A stretch of 64,000 bases of DNA from Haliotis rubra (lineage: Eukaryota): the NCBI RefSeq assembly GCF_003918875.1, contig NW_025767124.1, forward strand, positions 2,418,001 through 2,482,000, in the 5' to 3' direction. Positions 26,951 through 39,250 of this stretch are shown here, piece after piece. The translations under genes and the position numbers were made by a program. The first letter of the stretch is position 1; every line of letters begins with the position of its first letter. The notes below the pieces were generated by a model. That model did no database searches and was not told the origin of the DNA. It saw only the letters and a list, made by a program, of their open reading frames with translations.

Positions 26951-28209
26951 AAAAATTATCCATTAATTTCTTCACAGTGGAACCGACACTTTGTAAAATG
27001 CATGGATTCCATTCCAGCTGACGTAAACCTAAACCTTTTTCCGATTCCTCAAGGTAAAAATAGTGTCGATCATCTTTAACATATGGGCCCATCATTGTGT
27101 AATGTGTTAATGGAAGGCGGATTTTCCTCTGAGTGGTATGGTCTTAAGCATGGGATAACTAATGTGTCTTGGCACTTGTTTACCATTAATGACATTAGTT
27201 ATGTTTGCCTGCATAATCACGGATGCGTTAATATGTACAATATACTTTATGAATAGCATAGTTAAAAACATATACCATGCAAGAACATGTGTTAAAGACA
27301 ACAAGAAGGTTTAATATGTGATGAATGAGTCATCCATTTCTTGAGAGTAATTCCTCTAGGCTGTTTCCTATGTCTTTTGTATGTGGTTGATATTTCCACC
27401 AAAGTCTGGCGTCTAAGACAAAAACGTGTTCCTTGCTTCCAGAATCTTCTCAGCAGAGAACCACAGCATTTCCTGCGTGAACGTTTAGAACTCATCGTTT
27501 CCCGTTCACACACTCACTCATTTATTTTTTCATGGCTTTCAAAGCGGTGTTGAATTCGTTCACGATTCCTCATAAAAATTATGTATTCTAAGAATAACGT
27601 GTGTATGTATTTGGATGTTGTAAATGACGTAGTTTTGAGACGTTTCTGAACTGTAAAGTCATATTCTAAATATATTACGTATGGGGAATACTCACATGTT
27701 CCGTGAACCACTCATTCTGCGAATACCAACTCCGGTCGAAATACCGTAATTGACAATTTTGCGTCTATCGGTAACTACTTGTAATAAACACCCTAGTGTG
27801 TATGTGTATAAATACACTTAAGTAGGATATATCGTACATAAACACGGTAAACTGCCAGGTATGTTAACAGATATATGAGAGTCGATTCTATGAATAAACC
27901 GATTTAGGCTCTCCACTTGACCTTGGGGAATAATGAGCGTACCATAGGCGTCAAGAGGTCACATGCAACGTGTCCATATGTATCGAGAAATGAAATATGT
28001 AAATGTACATGAAAATTGCGCTAATTATTAATATATATTTTCGCGAATATCAGTTGTGCGTATGCATTCGTATTATGTTTTATATACCTTGCATGCTATC
28101 ACTCCTTCTGAATCGATGTATCGATGTTCAGCTCTGTTAAGAAAGACGAAACGGTTAAGAGAAGACATCCCACCAATTTGAATGTTATTGATATTCTGAC
28201 TCACACACT

Positions 28210-29290
28210 TATCTGTCAAACTGAATCAAAGTCCAGCCCCATTTCTGAATCAAAGTCCAGCCCCACCCCTATTTCTGTCTGTCATACGTACTCACAGTCT
28301 TATTTCTTTTATCCCTGCTATACTGAATCAAAGTCCACCCCTATTTCTGTCATACACTTTTTTATCTGCTATACTGTAGTTCCCCTACTTTGATCCCTGC
28401 TATACTGAATCAAAGTCCACCCCTATTTCTGTCATACTTACTCTTAGTTCACTTTTATCCCTGCTATACTGAATCAAAGTCCACCCCTATTTCTGTCATA
28501 CTTACTCGTAGTTCACTTTTATCCCGGCTATACTGAATCAAAGTCCACCCCTATTTCTGTCATACTTACTCGTAGTTCACTTTTATCCCTGCTATACTGA
28601 ATCAAAGTCCTCCCCCATATTTCTGTCATACTTACTCGTAGTCCACTTTAATCCTGTCATACTGAATCAAAGTCCTCCCCCCTATTTCTGTCATACTTAC
28701 TCGTAGTCTTTTTTATCCCAGTCGTAGATAATCAAAGCCCAACGTTTTTTTCTGTCCCACAAAATCAAAATCAATTCGTATCAGTGCAATACTTAATCCA
28801 GACAAAGCCTACTTGTATCTCTGTCATATTGAATAAAAGAGGTGACTAACGGGATCGGGAGGTCAGGCTGGCTGACTTGGTTGACACATGTCATCGGTTC
28901 CAAATTGCCCAGATCGATGCTCATGCTCTTGATCACTGGATTGTCTGGTCCAGACTCGATTATTTACAGACTGACGCCAAAGAGCTGGAATATTGCTGAG
29001 TGCGGCGTAAAACTAAACTCACTCACTCACTGAATAAAAGAGCACACTTATCTGTCATACTGAATTAAATTTCAAAAGTTATCTTTGCCGTACTGAATCT
29101 GTCCACTCCTATACTTTTATCTCTCTCATAATGAATCAGAGGAAGCTCTTATGTCCATCTTATCAGTCAGATTGAATCAAATTCAACTTTTTTATCTGTC
29201 ACATTGAATCAAAGTCAAGTATTCTGAAATAAAGTTCACTTGAGTCTCTGTCATACTCAATAAAACCAAAGTCCACTCCTATCTATATCA
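28210..29290. repeat. 64-bp minisatellite with degenerate flanks
   Basis: TACTGAATCAAAGTCCACCCCTATTTCTGTCATAC...; interrupted by a family-D insertion. Confidence 0.85.
28838..29030 (+). mobile_element. SINE-like family D (5'-truncated), sharing its 3' tail with family A
   Basis: Ends CTGGAATATTGCTGAGTGCGGCGTAAAAC(ACTC)n; TSD TGAATAAAAGAG. Related copies at 42906-43677 (-) and ~63775-63895. Confidence 0.8.
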
Positions 29291-29954
29291 TAATGGATAA
29301 AACTAGGTCAGATAAAACGCTATAAAACACACTAATGAACAGCGGTTTGTGTCAGCGAGACAGGAAGCATGTTATGCCCTTCAACGCCTATCTTCAGCGT
29401 CACAGCATATATTGTACGGTCGTCAATGACGCCAGTCTTGCCTCTTTCGAGTAAAAAACATGTCGGTTCAAAGGTTATGTCTAATTACAATAACACAATC
29501 AACACACAAAGCACAATGAATCTAGGTATCCAAGTTTACCGGGTGTAAATAAAAGTTGGTTTATTTGAGCATCATCATCAATATGCGGGTGAGGGCAAAG
29601 ATAATTGCCCATGTACTACAAATTGGAGTTATGTCTTATAGATCAAAGTACTAATTTACATGTTTACTATATTTATACCTGTGTTGCTTTCACAGAGCTA
29701 CACGAATGAGATTAATTAATGAACTAGAGTCAATACGTTGAGCTGTAATTCAGGTTTGTTGTGTAACACATGTTGAGGAGTCTGGTAGAACGATCAAAGC
29801 ATCCCATTAAGTACACTCATGTATTGGAGTCAGTGTGAAGGAGGTTTTACCAAATTGCTATACAATGATAGGCTACACGCTGCATACAGTCTGGCACTCT
29901 CTTTAGCCTTATATATTTATGACAACATTTAATTATTGATATTTGTAAATGTCC

Positions 29955-30325
29955 TCACCTCTTTCACCTGACAAATTAAATATGCTAGGATTGACTTCAA
30001 TCTGAAAACAACCCCAAGCCCTCTTTAACTTGCCATAGAAATAGATTTGACTTGGCATATAGACTAGCACGTTCGAATGAGATATGTGTAAACATAATAT
30101 GTTACTGATATTAGTCTGTAAATATCCCAACATCTTTCACCTGCCATATTACATAAGCTAGGATTGACTTCGCTCTGTAATTAAAACGAGTGCCTCTTTC
30201 ACCTGCCATATGACATAGCATTGACTTACATATGCCAGGATTGACTTCAATCTGTAAATAAACGCGAAATTTCTTTCACTTGACATATTACATATGCCAG
30301 AATTGACTTTAATCTGTAAGTAACA
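29955..30325. repeat. Degenerate ~55-60-bp tandem repeat
   Basis: Recurrent TTTCACCTG...GCTAGGATTGACTTCAATCTGTAA. Confidence 0.65.
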
Positions 30326-30838
30326 ACCCGACACTCGTTGGGATCGAGGAGTTGGGATATCTCACCAAAACTATCCCCGGCTATCATGGCAAGAAACTTG
30401 ACCGGATTCAACCTGATGAGCCGTCGTTGTATAGGTAATTCAGCACACGTGTGTGCATTCCGAGGCACACTGACCCAGGCTCAACCGGCTAGCACACTGA
30501 CCAGGCCTTCATCTTGACCACAGGCATGGCTAGGCACCAGTTCTCACTGATAAAGTGTATCACAGCACGGAACCACCAGGGTCGACGCTTAAACTAAGAC
30601 CATGTGTACAAGGCCCGATGAGAATTTGAACATCACCTCAGTTACGTTGAATATTGCTGAATGGCTTTAGTTGACTCCCTACAGTAGCCATTTCTTTACT
30701 TACAAACATAATTTTATACAAAACATATCAAACAAAACATATGTAAAAATAGAAACGAACTAGCTTTTAATATAAAATGATATACAACGAATATCAAGTT
30801 TCAAGAAATTGATCCATATAAAGATGTAACATCCCTTG

Positions 30839-31033
30839 TAGAGCAACATCTTGTCTCTGAAATAAACATATTTTACAGAAAAAACGGTTTCTAAATCATA
30901 ATGATAAACATAATGAAAAGGAGACCAGAGACTTTCTACATTTTCAGACACTGTGGTAATCTAGACGCCGCATATAATAGACTTGCAGGGTCTTTCCTGG
31001 TTATATTGGTTTCAGGGTCTGTGTGACGGACTA
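30839..31033. mobile_element. TAG...CTA element, subfamily B2
   Basis: Perfect 9-bp TSD CATCCCTTG. Confidence 0.8.
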
Positions 31034-31595
31034 CATCCCTTGCTGTGTGATGCTTTAAGGTGCCTGCCACTGCCTTGTGTACACAATACCTGGTGCAGCA
31101 ATAGGTGCATGCTGAATACTATATCAATATGTATAGCGGAATGGGAAACACATGCTTGTCCCGCACACCGCTGTTCTGTGAGGAAGGAAGCATCTTGCAT
31201 GTGCATCTGTTGTGGAACTGATGCTTGGTACATTCCTTTCTGCGGATTCATCCTCGGCTATTAACATATATTTTCATCGACTTACTGGACCATGAATAAG
31301 CTAATCATTGGTTGGATTAGGCACCAATATTACAACAACTTCACGACAGTTATTTTCAAAGCGATAGCCTTATTGTGGATTACAGGCAACTTCTTTCAAC
31401 GTGTTTTCATCCACGTTTCTCGTACAACCATAAAGGCCTTGACATACTCGACCGGAGCTACATTTTGGCAAGGTACGCACCCTCCTTTTCGGGAAACCCG
31501 ATGTCCTTGGCATTATTCGTTGATTCATAAATGAGCGAATTTCAAGGAGACGAGCACCAAATTTATATCGGATTTGTCATTACCTACAGCAACTA

Positions 31596-33107
31596 TACTA
31601 GCCACATAAAGAAACTGTGCATTGTCAAAATATTATCCCAGTTGATAAGTACGATAACAATGTCAAAGGTACATATAAACTTTAATGGAGGGATCATGAG
31701 ACCATAACAAGTCGGGACAATTTCAATTGAAAAGTCAATCACAATGACGTCACGAGTCCACAAGCGGGACAGGGGTCAAACGACCATGTCACAAGCTCAA
31801 TAACGGGTATGTCCACCATCGGCATTGAGAACAGCAGTGCATCGACGACGCATAGAGCCTATCAAACGTGCAAGGAAGGCTTGTGGGATGTCACGCCAGA
31901 TTCTCTCAAGTTCTGTTGCAAGGTCAAGGACGTTATCTGGCGGATGAGGAAGACGGGGTAGACGTCGATCCATCTCGTCCCAAACATGCTCTATCGGGGA
32001 GAGATCCGGTGAATTTGCAGGCCAAGGCAATAAGTCAACGTTGTGGTGTTGCAAGAAATCCATAGCAACCCTTGCCGTATGAGGGTGGGCATTGTCCTGT
32101 TGGAATGTTAAATCAGGGCCATGACGTTGCAGAAAAGGAATTGCCACAGGTCGAAGAATCTGATCCCTGTAGCCCACACCAGTTAAGTTGCCCTGAACAA
32201 TCACCTAAGGAGTTCTTTGGCGTGCTGTTATTCCACCCCAAATCATCACGGAACCACCACCAAAGCGATTCCTCTCCAAAACACAGGCCTGTGCATAACG
32301 TTCTCCCACGCGTCTATAAGCACGTTGACGTCCATCACTATGCGAAATGTTAAACCTGGACTCATCTGTAAAAAACAACATTTCTCCACCAAAACAAGGG
32401 TCTGCGGACATGATTTCGGCACCACATTCGGCGAGCTTGTCGATGACGTTGTGTTAGGATAGGCCGTATGGCGGGACGTCGTGGTCTGATCCCGTGATGA
32501 CGTAAACGTTGTCGAACTGTGTTGGGATGGATACGGCGAAGTCCTGGGATGGTTGGGGCAGTCATCACTGCAGTCTGAAACCTGTGGCGAAGATGGGTCA
32601 CCCTTTTCCATCTGTCCTGTCTTGGCGTTGTTACACGTGGACGTCCAGAACGTGGCCGATCGATGACGTCATCTGTGTTCTGGTAGCGTCTCACCAGTGC
32701 AGAAATGGTGTTCGGTGGCAGTTGAAATGTGCAGCCACTTGTCGTTGAGACATTCCCCCACGGACCATCCCAATGGCCTTATGACGTTGTGCAGACGTGA
32801 GCCTTGGCATGCTATGCGTTTCAATAGCCGTTTATTTTTTTGTACGATCGCAAGGGCAGGGGTTGAGCTTTCCAAAGTGACAGAATTGTGTGGCATTCAT
32901 TTGCTCTGTTTCTCTTTCCCGGAATGCACGTGCAACAACGTATTGCACGTCTCAAGGACGAACCTACTGATATCACGGAACGTGGCACGTGCATGCATGT
33001 TGGATACATGTCACTAATCTCTGAGTTTAAATCCTTATGTGTCTACACAGGTTTGATAAATTTAGATTTTAAATTTTTGTATGCACAGTTTCTTTATGTG
33101 CCTAGTA
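31596..33107 (-). mobile_element. Full-length Tc1-like DNA transposon (DD34E), inactivated
   Basis: TIRs TACTAG(C/G)CACATAAAGAAACTGTGCAT at both ends, flanked by TA; transposase motifs present inside. Confidence 0.95.
31797..32810 (-). pseudogene. Tc1 transposase pseudogene
   Basis: MPRLTSAQRHKAIG...RPRSGRPRVTT...FTDESRF...FQQDNAHPH...SPDLSPIEHVW...GGHTRY. 34 residues between the second D and E. Two frameshifts (~32710, ~32380) and an in-frame TAG at 32205-32207. Confidence 0.93.
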
Positions 33108-33431
33108 TATAATATTAAGCAAAGGTCAGATTATTGTAATGGCCAAATATCAAAACGAGGCATGCATCACGGAGTTGCCTTTAGTGTTAGCCAGTAGTGA
33201 TACTGACATAGCCAATGGAATCTTTTGTACCACTATATCTCAAACCTAATCTTGCTTTTTTATAATCTAGACTGTGTTTTTAAAACCTTTTAACCCTTAA
33301 CCTCACTGTATTTAGCCGTACGTAGCCAATGGGGTAAGTGATGGGCGTGTGTCAATGACAAAACTAGACATGTAGTGAGTGAGTGAGTGAGTTTAAACTA
33401 GTCGAAGTGTCACCTACCCAAAAGGTATCAA

Positions 33432-33592
33432 GAGTGAGTGAGTTTGGTTTTAGACCGATTTTAGCAATATTCCAGCAATATCACGAAAGGGGACACTACA
33501 AATGGGCTTCACACATTGTAACCATGTGTGGAATCGAACCCATGCCTTCGGCGTGACGAGCGTACGCTCTAACCACTAGGCTACCCCACCGC
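33432..33592 (-). mobile_element. SINE family A
   Basis: Full length; AACTAGACAT duplicated at ~33362 and ~33596. Confidence 0.85.
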
Positions 33593-33963
33593 AACAACTA
33601 GACATATAAATCTCATGTGCAGTGTTGCACATTTTTGGAAAGATCCACTAATTTCCTGTTGTCCTAATTTCAAGCAATATGACAACTTGACAATGGCAGA
33701 AGCAGAATAACTGATTCATTATTTTACTTCAAACGATCAGAGCTTTGTGTGCCAATGGCACTGTCTCTTGAACCAAGATGAGACATTCGAGCACATCCTT
33801 CTTGCAATGACGTCATTAGACAGATACGACATCCTCTTTTCATTGATACATGATAAATGACAGATCAAATATAACTGCTAAAGGGTCCACTCGAAATGTC
33901 CAGTCTGACCAATTCTTAAACGTCATAAAATCACGAAAAATAGTCATTGTCACAAATCAACTA

Positions 33964-34834
33964 TCAGTAGCCCAGATGGGACCGACGTAATGAGGTCACA
34001 GCCTGGCACCGTCGTCTGAATGCTCTCAGTAAGTGTTTGGATAGTTGCTAATGGAAGATCGTTACACTCTTCACTAAAAGCATTGCCGAGTTCTTGTAGA
34101 GTTGCCAGACATCTCCTATGTGTTCGATAGGGTTGAAGTCTGCTGACCAGGCATCAGGGACCCTGGGACGATGATGTTATTGTCCTTAAGGAGAGAGCCT
34201 GGTCCGACTGCATCGGCCCCACGTATACATAGGAATGCAACACACACCCACCCCCAACCCCCCTTCACACCTGTCATCATGCTGTAAGACATGGACATCG
34301 GTCCTTCTAGCTCTACTGAGTCCACCCAAAATCATGATTGGAACCTCCACAGCCACCATGTTCGGCTTCACTGGAATTCAGAAACCACACTTTGAGAAGC
34401 GTAGATATATTTTCTTGATTCTTCAGTAGAAAAAAAGGAGCCCAACCCTGGTGAGACAAGTGGACGTGATTTTCAGCCCAATCAAAACATTTTTGCCCAG
34501 GATGTCGCGTCAGTCTAATGCGAATGCACGCTCGCCATATCATGGAAGCTGGCACAGTAGAAACGTTATCGCCACTGACGTTCCGCAGGTCATTTCTGAG
34601 CATGATAGCAATCACGATAATGACGTCTTGCTGGTTTGGTGGAACGATTTCAACCTTCTACTTCTGGGTAACCGATCCAAGAGTCTGACATCATTTCCAT
34701 GTCTTATTCACACTTTGGTTGAAACCAAAGACGTTTACAACGTGGCGCTGTGTTGACTCAGTTTCAAGTATGCCTATGCATCTACAGCATTCTTCAGTCC
34801 GCAAACGACGCTGTCTTTGACGCTGGGGGAACAT
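33964..34834 (-). pseudogene. Highly degraded third Tc1 transposase relic
   Basis: Colinear motifs across frames: CIGILETESTQRHVVNVFG (HTH), DRLPRSRR, WAENH, STEESR (~FSDESR), IMILGG, LQHDD, SADFNPIEHI, RRRCQAV...HLGY*. TIRs not identified. Confidence 0.75.
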
Positions 34835-35385
34835 ACGCACAATCCTGAGAAGCATGTGTTGTTGTGCTCTCTGATAATGATGTGCAACGATTCTGCACAA
34901 AACATCAAAGCACGGGTTTCACGGGGTGATGGTGTTCATTTCCGAGTGCGTTCATCCGTTCATCATGACAGTGAGGTCCACACGGGGCTGCTAAGTTATT
35001 CTGTACCGAAATATATCCGAGGTATATCTTAAAAATGCTTCCCGAATACAGCTGAAATTGACCTTTTCGGCACGTTGAAGCTTTTCAGCTTGCATTCAGC
35101 GTTATTTTAAATTCTAATCATTCAGGTAATAATATAAAAAGTCTTATTCTCTTCCACGTGAACATATCTGATACCTTCCATACCGATTTCTGGAATTATG
35201 CAAGTCGTGTGCGCCAGAAGGAGTCCTAGAACTACCAAGTCTATTTTAACAATTGATTCATTATAACTGGTATCCACAAATCTTTTTTGTGGAAGCCTAC
35301 TTTACCTACTCTATCGGTTAACACATGCTTAGCTGCAATTGTAGATATGTGTGTCCCTTAGCTGTGACAGGATCCGCTGTTCCAG

Positions 35386-35575
35386 ATTATGGTCTGTCAG
35401 CACTGTTTAAATCAGACCCACCTTTAGCCACATAGTTCCCATGCAGTGACGCTGTGCAGATAATGGCTGCCACATGTAGGTACTTGTAGGTATTAATATT
35501 GCCATGGCGACACCAAGACGGTGTGCGGGGGGACAGGGTGTACGTTTGATAGTCATTACAATACCTACCGCCACA
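35386..35575 (+). pseudogene. Possible decayed WSC-domain exon
   Basis: After acceptor ctgttcCAG: CQHC..., FAT*F..Q*RCADN (needs frameshifts) and CRY*YCHGDTKTVCGG, resembling the WSC C-x-C-x-GD-x4-CGG motif. Confidence 0.35.
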
Positions 35576-37714
35576 CATATGTTTATGCTATAGCTGTTGA
35601 TCTGCGTCTCGGTAGCATACATCTTAACATTTCTTATAGGTATTGGGTTCGCGTTATAAACATTATGTATTGGAAAAAAATCGATAGAGGCAAGTGAAGT
35701 TTTCTGTGGTGTGTGTAGTAAGGGACAAAGAGAACCATGAAAACTTATTCTGTAGATTAATGTGCATATGGCCTCGTTTGTTATAAAGTTTATTCACTCT
35801 AGTCTAGTCAGCTACCGCCGTGGTTAAACAGCTACGAACCTATACTGACATCCTTTCAAACTGCATATTTAATTTCTGTTTCATATTTGGAAAAATGGAC
35901 ACAAAATCAAATTGGGATGTAATTATCATTCGATATTTCGAGATAGTCATGACGACATACTCACATCTTCTCCGATACTTGAAGACATAGTTATATGTTT
36001 TGACTATGTGTTAGTACATCATCACAAAACACGTATTATTTTTCACATCTTCATTACAAGGACTTGTTCCAGCCAGCCCTCACTGTAATGCAAAAGCACT
36101 AATGAAGCAAGTCTAGAATTTCCTCAGGTTCAGGAATCTGAATCACCCACCCCACTGGGTTCCGTTACAATTTAAATGGAGTTCTTTGTTTCTATATAAA
36201 TATATTTTCAGAGACTGCGCGCTTGTCCTAGTCTGCAGCCAGAGCATCACGGCAGTAAATGTCACAACCACCGTTACCAATGACAAATTCTAAAGAAAAG
36301 CGCTCGTGTTGTTATGTAAAAACAGTTTTCCTCGAGAAGATGGCCTTGGGTAATGCACCGAAAACGATGTGAATGTGTCCAATATAGCCTGTGTTACAGT
36401 CCCTGAACCACATTATTTTCACTTTCTGCAATGCCGAACAGAACAGAATTTTATTTCTGTTCTGTTCTGCCTGCATACTGCAGCCCTATATGAAGCAAGT
36501 CTAGATTTCCTCAGGTTAAGGTTCTGAATCTCCCGTCTAACTGGGGATAAAAGGACTTGTTTGTTTCTATCAAAATTATATATATTCAGATACACATCGT
36601 CTACAATGCAATTCGAAAGAAAGGTATTGTGTTGTTTAACGAAAGTCGAGAGAAGATGGCCTTGGGTAATGCACCGAAAACAATGTGTACGTGCCCAATA
36701 AAGTAGCTGCGATGCCGCCAAGCCATGTGTTTGTTTGAACGCATCATTGTCAGTCATGTCATTAACTGAGCAGAAAGACATCAGAGAAACTTGAAACATA
36801 TGTCCGTAAGAATGGTAACTGAATATCGTCAGCATATTACATAACATCACTAAGACATCTTCGACTCACACTGCGCTGCTACCTCTGGCACTGTCAGTAC
36901 TTTCTAGTGGCCATGGCAACATAGCCTTGGTACCTATTTCTCGTTTGTTCGGGTCAAGTTATCTCAGACCCAGAAATATCGGAACCTTTCCAAAATCACA
37001 TCATTAGCACCGAAATGCAAGAACGTATCTATAGAAGTCATTTCGAGGTATTAACTCACCTGCGACGAAAACCCACGTGCTCCTATCCGGAGTGTACGAA
37101 GACAGTGTCTCAAGCGAACGGTAACTAGTCCTTGAAGGGGGGTAGGAAACTACAGCGAGGGGGGTCAGAGACACATGGCAGCTAAGCAACTGACTGTCAG
37201 TAGCAATCAACTCCAACAATGCGTGGCATTGGATCCTTTACCGTTACACTGAGCGGTCGAGTAGTGGTGGCTCCAAGAGATACGAACACTGTGCGCAGAA
37301 TATGTTCCGGTTATCTGAATCTGATAAAAGAACGGTACCAGAGTAGACTAGAATTTCAGTCTTCTCGAAGATGCTATACGAGAATAAACAGGCTAGAATA
37401 ATATCTGCAGTGGGTGATGACGTAATTTGCCATCTTCCGTGGGTTGTGGTGTTTTGGTCTTGGCACTGATTGAGATGTGTTGGTAAGTTTATTTACATGG
37501 TTGGTACTTTGAAAACACTGGAGACCGGCTTGGTAGATATATAAGTGTATGGGTTTACTGTATAAACACTATGTGTGTAGGCGAGAATGAGACAGATACC
37601 ATAGCAAGGCACTTAACATGCTGATGGTAATGACACCAGGTGTTCTAGAAATGGGGGTGGAGGGGTGGACTGATCTCTCGCCATTGTGCGTAAACATTGA
37701 ACTAAACTGGCAGT

Positions 37715-39250
37715 TGTGTGCGAAGGTCGAACTCGTCTGTGGCCACTGTGTGTGAAGGTCGACTTCGTCTGTGGCCACTGTGTGTGAAGGTCGGACTCGT
37801 CTGTCACCATTGTGTGTGAAGGTCGAAATCGTCTGTGGCCACTGTGTGTGTGAAGGTCGAACTCGTCTGTATCCATTGTGTGTGAAGGTCGAACTCGTCT
37901 GTGGCCACTGTGTGTGAAGGTCGAACTCGTCTGTGGCCAGTGTGTGTGTGAAGGTCGAACTCGTCTGTAACCATTGTGTGTGAAGGTCGAACTCGTCTGT
38001 AACCATTGTGTGTGAAGGTCGAACTCGTCTGTGGCCACTGTGTGTGTGAGAAGGTCGAACTCGTCTGTGGCCACTGTGTGTGAAGGAAGAACACGTCTGT
38101 AACCATTGTGTGTGAAGGTCGGACTCGTCTGTAACCATTGTGTGTGAAGGTCGAACTCGTCTGTGGCCACTGTGTGTGAAGGTCGACTTCGTCTGTGGCC
38201 ACTGTGTGTGAAGGTCGAACTCGTCTGTAACCATTGTGTGTGAAGGTCGAAATCGTCTGTGGCCACTCGTGTGTGTGTGAAGGTCGAACTCGTCTGTGGC
38301 CACTGTGTGTGAAGGTCGAACTCGTCTGTAACCACTGTTGTGTGTGAAGGTCGAACTCGTCTGTGGCCACTGTGTGTGAAGGTCGAACTCGTCTGTGGCC
38401 ACTGTGTGTGTGAAGGTCGAACTCGTCTGTGGCCACTGTGTGTGAAGGTCGAACTCGTCTGTAACCATTGTGTGTGAAGGTCGAACTCGTCTGTAACCAT
38501 TGTGTGTGAAGGTCGAACTCGTCTGTAACCACTGTGTGTGAAGGTCGAACTCGTCTGTGGCCACTGTGTGTGTGAAGGTCGAACTCGTCTGTGGCCACTG
38601 TGTGTGAAGGAAGAACTCGTCTGTAACCATTGTGTGTGAAGGTCGAACTCGTCTGTGGCCACTGTGTGTGAAGGTCGAACTCGTCTGTGGCCACTGTGTG
38701 TGAAGGTCGAACTCGTCTGTAACCATTGTGTGAAGGTCGAACTCGTGAAGGTGTGAACTCGTCTGTAACCACTGTGTGTGAAGGTCGAACTCGTCTGTGG
38801 CCACTGTGTGTGTGTGAAGGTCGAACTCGTCTGTGGCCACTGTGTGTGAAGGTCGAAGACTCGTCTGTCGAACTCGTCTGTGGCCAGTGTGTGTGAAGGA
38901 AGCACTCGTCTGTAACCATTGTGTGCGAAGGTCGAAATCGTCTGTGGCCACTGTGTGTGAAGGTCGAACTCGTCTGTGGCCACTGTGTGTGAAGGAAGCA
39001 CTCGTCTGTAACCATTGTGTGCGAAGGTCGAAATCGTCTGTGGCCACTGTGTGTGAAGGTCGAACTCGTCTGTGGCCTCTGTGTGTGAAGGAAGAACTCG
39101 TCTGTAACCATTGTGTGTGAAGGTCGAACTCGTCTGTGGCCATTGTGCATGGACGGTGAACTCCAGTAGACATTGTGCGTGGACGGTAAACTCCACTAGA
39201 CATTGTGCGTGAAGGTCGAACTCGTCTGTGGCTATTGCAAATGAAGGTCA
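37715..39250. repeat. 32-bp satellite (~47 copies)
   Basis: Unit GAAGGTCGAACTCGTCTGT(GGCCAC/AACCAT)TGTGTGT with a variable (GT)n stretch. Confidence 0.97.

Noticed and set aside
31035-31515. Minus-strand MPRTSGFPKRR... reading, possibly an old transposase N-terminus
   Set aside because: Multiple stops and no diagnostic motif.
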